Source: Alphaproteobacteria bacterium (GTDB taxonomy: Bacteria > Pseudomonadota > Alphaproteobacteria > MPNO01 > UBA830). From it: a stretch of DNA of 64,000 nt. A model generated the notes under the pieces. That model ran no database searches. It worked only from the letters and a program-made list of their open reading frames with translations, and was not told the origin of the DNA. Position 1 is the first letter of the stretch. Each line of letters opens with the position of its first letter. The DNA is taken from NCBI GenBank assembly GCA_965243135.1, contig OZ251539.1, positions 3,456,001 to 3,520,000 of the forward strand. Reading direction: 5' to 3'. Position numbers and translations under genes: made by a program. Of the stretch, positions 60,361-64,000 are shown in pieces.

Positions 60361-61899
60361 ATGGTGTCCGAACCGACGGGCCTGCACAACAAGCTCGTGC
60401 CGAGATCTTTCGACGATCTGCGCGGCTGGATCGAAGCGCTGAAACTGGAGGGCGAACTCCAGGAAATCGACGTCGAGGTGGACTGGGATTGCGAGCTTGG
60501 AACCATCGCCCGCAAGGCGTTCGGCAACGGCGACGGCCCCGCCCTGCTGTTCAACAGCGTCAAGGGCTACGGCCCCGGCGACGACGTCTGGTCGCGGAAG
60601 GTGTTCACGGGAGGCCTCTCGAACTACCGGCGCGTGGCGATGGCGCTCGGCCTGCCCAAGGATGCCCCGGTGCGGGACATGGTGATGGCGACGCGCCACT
60701 ATCTCGGGCAGCGGGTCGCGCCGGTCGAAGTCGGCTCGGGAAAGGTCAAGGAGAACGTCGTCGCCGGCGAGGACGTCGATGTCTACAAGATCCCGGTGCC
60801 GCGCTGGCATCGCGAGGATGGCGGCCGCTACGTCAACACCTACCAGGCGACGGTGACGATGGATCCCGACACCGGCCAGCACAATCTCGGGATCTATCGC
60901 GGCATGCTGGGGCGGCGGGACACGATTCCGGTGCTTCTGTGGCGGGCCCAGAACTGGGGGGTGCATTTCCAGAAATGGGCGGACCGCGGCATGAAGATGC
61001 CGGTCGCGCACGTCTACGGGTTCGAGCCGTGCCTGCCCTTCTGCGCGTCGGCTCCGATCCCCACGGGGGTCTCCGAATACGAGGTCATGGGCGCGATTCG
61101 CGGGCGGCCCATGGAGCTCGTGAAATGCGAGACCAGCGACCTGATGGTTCCGGCCGACTGCGAGATGGTGATCGAAGGCTACATCGATCCCGATCCCGCG
61201 ACCTTCGAGATGGAGGGGCCGTTCGGCGAATACACCGGGTATTTCGGCGGCGACCAGGGGCCGAAGCACGTCACCAAGGTCACCTGCGTGACCTACCGCG
61301 ACGGTTCGATCCACCGCGGGACGCTGGAGGGCACGCTGCCCAAGATGCTGAACGAGAACTCGATCACCAGTTCGGTCCAGCGCGCCGGCGTCGCCTGGAA
61401 CGTGCTCGAGCGCGCGGGCGTGCCGGGAATCACCGACGTGCACTGTCCGCCCGCGAACAACGGCACGACGCTGATGATCCAGATGCGCCAGACCTACCGC
61501 GGACAGGCCAAGCAGGCGGCGGCGGCGATCTGGGGGTCGAATTCCGCGCATCTGCGCTACAAGAACGTATGGGTCGTCGACGAGGACATCGACATTCACG
61601 ACTACGGTGCGCTCGACTGGGCGTTCGCCTACCGCGTCAACGCCGCCGAGGACGACATCGTGTTCTTTCCCGCCACCTTCGGTTCGCTGCTCGACCCGTC
61701 GACCCGGCTGCCTCAGCGCGACCCGCTCAAGTACGGAACCGGCAAGTGGACGCGCGTTCTGATCGACGCGACGGTCAATCTCGATTTCGACGCGGAGGAG
61801 CAGTACGGCGGCGACCGCTACCCGCTCTCGGTCCATCCCCACGAGGAGGACGTGAAGCTGGTGACCTCCCGCTGGAAGGAGTACGGGTTCGAGGACTGA
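60361..61899 (+). CDS. UbiD family (de)carboxylase, paralog
   Basis: [34 protein letters not shown]. Confidence 0.92.
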   Translation: MVSEPTGLHNKLVPRSFDDLRGWIEALKLEGELQEIDVEVDWDCELGTIARKAFGNGDGPALLFNSVKGYGPGDDVWSRKVFTGGLSNYRRVAMALGLPKDAPVRDMVMATRHYLGQRVAPVEVGSGKVKENVVAGEDVDVYKIPVPRWHREDGGRYVNTYQATVTMDPDTGQHNLGIYRGMLGRRDTIPVLLWRAQNWGVHFQKWADRGMKMPVAHVYGFEPCLPFCASAPIPTGVSEYEVMGAIRGRPMELVKCETSDLMVPADCEMVIEGYIDPDPATFEMEGPFGEYTGYFGGDQGPKHVTKVTCVTYRDGSIHRGTLEGTLPKMLNENSITSSVQRAGVAWNVLERAGVPGITDVHCPPANNGTTLMIQMRQTYRGQAKQAAAAIWGSNSAHLRYKNVWVVDEDIDIHDYGALDWAFAYRVNAAEDDIVFFPATFGSLLDPSTRLPQRDPLKYGTGKWTRVLIDATVNLDFDAEEQYGGDRYPLSVHPHEEDVKLVTSRWKEYGFED

Positions 61900-61907
61900 C
61901 GCGCGCC

Positions 61908-62366
61908 TCAGCGGCGCGCCCGGAAGAAGCTCCGCAGCAGGCGCGCGGCGGCGGCCTCGCCGATGCCGCCGTATATCTCGGGGCGGACAGCCGCGCCGTC
62001 GAATATGCGGGGACCGTTTTCGACGCCGCCGCCTTTCGGGTCCGCGGCTCCGTAGTAGAGGCGCCGCAGCCTCGCGAACGAAATCGCCTGCGCGCACATG
62101 GGGCACGGCTCCAGCGTCACGTAGAGGTCGCACCCGGGCAGGCGCGGCGCGCCGCGCCGCGCCGCGGCTCTCCGGATGGCCAGGATCTCCGCATGCGCGG
62201 TCGGGTCGTTGCGCGCTTCGGTTTCGTTGCCGGCGCGGGCGAGCACTTCCCCGGTCCCGCCGTCGACGAGAACGGCGCCTACGGGCACTTCTCCCCGCGC
62301 CGCGGCCGCCTCCGCCTCTTCGAGCGCCAGCGCCATGTAGCGCGACATGAACGCGTTCTTCGTCAT
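61908..62366 (-). CDS. tadA: tRNA adenosine deaminase-family nucleoside deaminase
   Basis: GEVPVGAV, DPTAHAE, TLEPCPMC; start uncertain (62348-62375). Confidence 0.85.
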   Translation of the reverse strand: MTKNAFMSRYMALALEEAEAAAARGEVPVGAVLVDGGTGEVLARAGNETEARNDPTAHAEILAIRRAAARRGAPRLPGCDLYVTLEPCPMCAQAISFARLRRLYYGAADPKGGGVENGPRIFDGAAVRPEIYGGIGEAAAARLLRSFFRARR

Positions 62367-62454
62367 CGCGGCCATACAGCGCCGCGAACGCGGGCCAAGT
62401 CAAGAAACGGCTCGCAGGGTATATTCCGGGCGGAGACGACCGCGGAGGCGGCCA

Positions 62455-63168
62455 ATGAAGCGCCCGATGATCGGAATCACGCTCGATTCCAATGAAGGCG
62501 GAAGCTATTCCAGGTTTCCGTGGTACGCCATCCGGCGCAACTACGGCGAGGCGGTGACGGCCGCCGGCGGCGCGCCGGTCATGCTGCCGCACGAGCCGGA
62601 GCACGTCGGCTCCTATCTCGACCGGATATCGGGGCTGGTCGTCACGGGCGGCGCGTTCGACGTCGATCCCGCGCTCTTCGGCGAGGCGTCGCGGCATCCG
62701 TCGGTGACGCTCAAGCCGCGCCGAACGGAATTCGAATGGGCGGCGACCGAGGAGGCCCTGGCCCGCGACATGCCGGTGCTCGGCATCTGCGGCGGGCAGC
62801 AGCTTCTGAACGTGGTGCTGGGGGGGACTCTGATCCAGCACGTGCCCGACGAAACCGACGGCTCGATCGCCCACGAGCAGCCCAACCCGCGGGACGAGCC
62901 GGGCCACGACGTGACCGTGGTCGAGGGAACGCTGCTTCACCGAATCGTGGACGCGACCACCCTCTCGGTGAACTCCGCGCATCATCAGGCGGTCAGGGAC
63001 GCAGCCGACGACGCCGTCGTCAACGCGACGGCGCCCGACGGCGTCGTCGAAGGGATCGAGGCGCCGGCGTACCGGTTCTGCCTCGGCGTCCAGTGGCACC
63101 CCGAGTTCTTCATCGATTCCGCGGACGAGAAAATCTTCCGCGCTTTCGTCGCGCAAGCGGCGGGATGA
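62455..63168 (+). CDS. Gamma-glutamyl-gamma-aminobutyrate hydrolase family (peptidase C26)
   Basis: LGICGGQQ, VNSAHHQ, GVQWHPE. Confidence 0.9.
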   Translation: MKRPMIGITLDSNEGGSYSRFPWYAIRRNYGEAVTAAGGAPVMLPHEPEHVGSYLDRISGLVVTGGAFDVDPALFGEASRHPSVTLKPRRTEFEWAATEEALARDMPVLGICGGQQLLNVVLGGTLIQHVPDETDGSIAHEQPNPRDEPGHDVTVVEGTLLHRIVDATTLSVNSAHHQAVRDAADDAVVNATAPDGVVEGIEAPAYRFCLGVQWHPEFFIDSADEKIFRAFVAQAAG

Positions 63169-63911
63169 CCTCCGCGCCCGCGGGAGAGCGGATCGCCAAG
63201 CGCCTCTCGAGGGCGGGGATATGCTCGCGGCGCGAGGCCGAACGCCGCATCGCCGCGGGCCGCGTCCAGGTCGACGGCGAAACGGTCACGGAACCCGGCA
63301 CGCTGGTTACGGACGAATCCGACGTACGGGTGGACGGCAACCCGGTCGCGGCGCCGGAGCCCACCCGGCTGTGGCGTTACCACAAGCCGGCCGGGCTGAT
63401 CTGCGCCAACGGCGATCCGAAGAACCGCCCCACGATATTCGACCGGCTGCCCAAGGGCATGCCCCGAATCATGACGGTCGGACGGCTGGACATGGCCTCA
63501 GAGGGACTGCTGCTGCTGACGAACGACGGGACGGCGGCGCGGCGCATGGAGCTTCCCGCCACGGGCTGGACGCGAAGGTACCGCGTGCGCCTGCGCGGCA
63601 GGCCGACGGAGGCGGAGATAGCCGAACTCGGGCGCGGCGTCTCGATCGACGGCTGGGACTACGGCCCGATCGAGGCGACCGTCGACGGCGAAAACGGCAC
63701 CAACGCCTGGCTGACGGTGCGGCTGCGGGAAGGAAGGAACCGCGAGATCCGGCGCGTGTTCGAGCATTTTCGCTACCCCGTGAACCGCTTGATCCGCGTC
63801 GCCTACGGCCCCTTCCAGCTTGGACGGCTCCCGCGCGGCGCGGTGGAGGAAACGCCGCAGCGGGTGGTGAAGGACCAGCTGCCGGATGCGCATCGTTTCC
63901 GGCAGGCATAG
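63165..63911 (+). CDS. rRNA pseudouridine synthase (RsuA/RluB family)
   Basis: S4 domain CSRREAE, VGRLD, GLLLLTNDG, EGRNREIRR. Confidence 0.92.
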   Translation: MTSAPAGERIAKRLSRAGICSRREAERRIAAGRVQVDGETVTEPGTLVTDESDVRVDGNPVAAPEPTRLWRYHKPAGLICANGDPKNRPTIFDRLPKGMPRIMTVGRLDMASEGLLLLTNDGTAARRMELPATGWTRRYRVRLRGRPTEAEIAELGRGVSIDGWDYGPIEATVDGENGTNAWLTVRLREGRNREIRRVFEHFRYPVNRLIRVAYGPFQLGRLPRGAVEETPQRVVKDQLPDAHRFRQA

Positions 63912-64000
63912 GGGGAGGAAGCTTTCCGCTCCGTCCGGCGGCCGCGTCCGGCCGACCGCCGAACGGGTGCGCGAGGCGCTTTTCAACGTTCTCCAGCACC
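63886..64000 (+). CDS. rsmD: 16S rRNA m2G966 methyltransferase, 5' part (runs off the window)
   Basis: MRIVSGRHRGRKL...RPTAERVREALFNVL. Confidence 0.9.
   Translation, partial: MRIVSGRHRGRKLSAPSGGRVRPTAERVREALFNVLQH

Noticed and set aside
1-64000. tRNA, rRNA, tmRNA, RNase P or integrase genes
   Set aside because: No recognisable signatures seen by eye; a tRNAscan/Rfam scan would be needed to exclude them.

Overview
GC-rich alphaproteobacterial chromosome. The assignment is inferred from trcR, gapR, DUF1192/DUF465 and the COQ9-def-rpsU order. Housekeeping and metabolic genes (rpmE, pfkA, purEK, def, rpsU, pncA, bioDFBA, pyk, glcDEF, rpmJ, tadA) are interrupted by four accessory islets. (1) 1-8.7 kb: a collapsed type-3 BREX locus. 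brxF and brxC survive only as a fusion scar, brxHII is absent and pglZ is shattered, while four genes remain intact: an AlbA_2/Schlafen protein, the PglXI methylase, an ABC-type ATPase and a PD-(D/E)xK-like protein. (2) 22.9-24.3 kb: an AT-richer two-gene islet behind a palindromic operator. (3) 35.9-39.4 kb: an orphan NHLP RiPP precursor plus an AAA/PD-(D/E)xK gene with a decayed tandem copy. (4) 50.7-54.6 kb: a stand-alone TIR gene bracketed by two ~310-bp structured direct repeats (a third degenerate copy lies at 58.5 kb), an IS630 relic and a second AlbA_2 gene. The window also holds a DnaJ-TM-ankyrin protein, a UDP-xylose/GT2/GtrA/GT39 module and tandem UbiD genes. The best candidates for an undescribed system are the repeat-bracketed TIR cassette and the methylase-ATPase-nuclease operon that outlived BREX. 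All family calls come from recognising motifs by eye; no searches were run.
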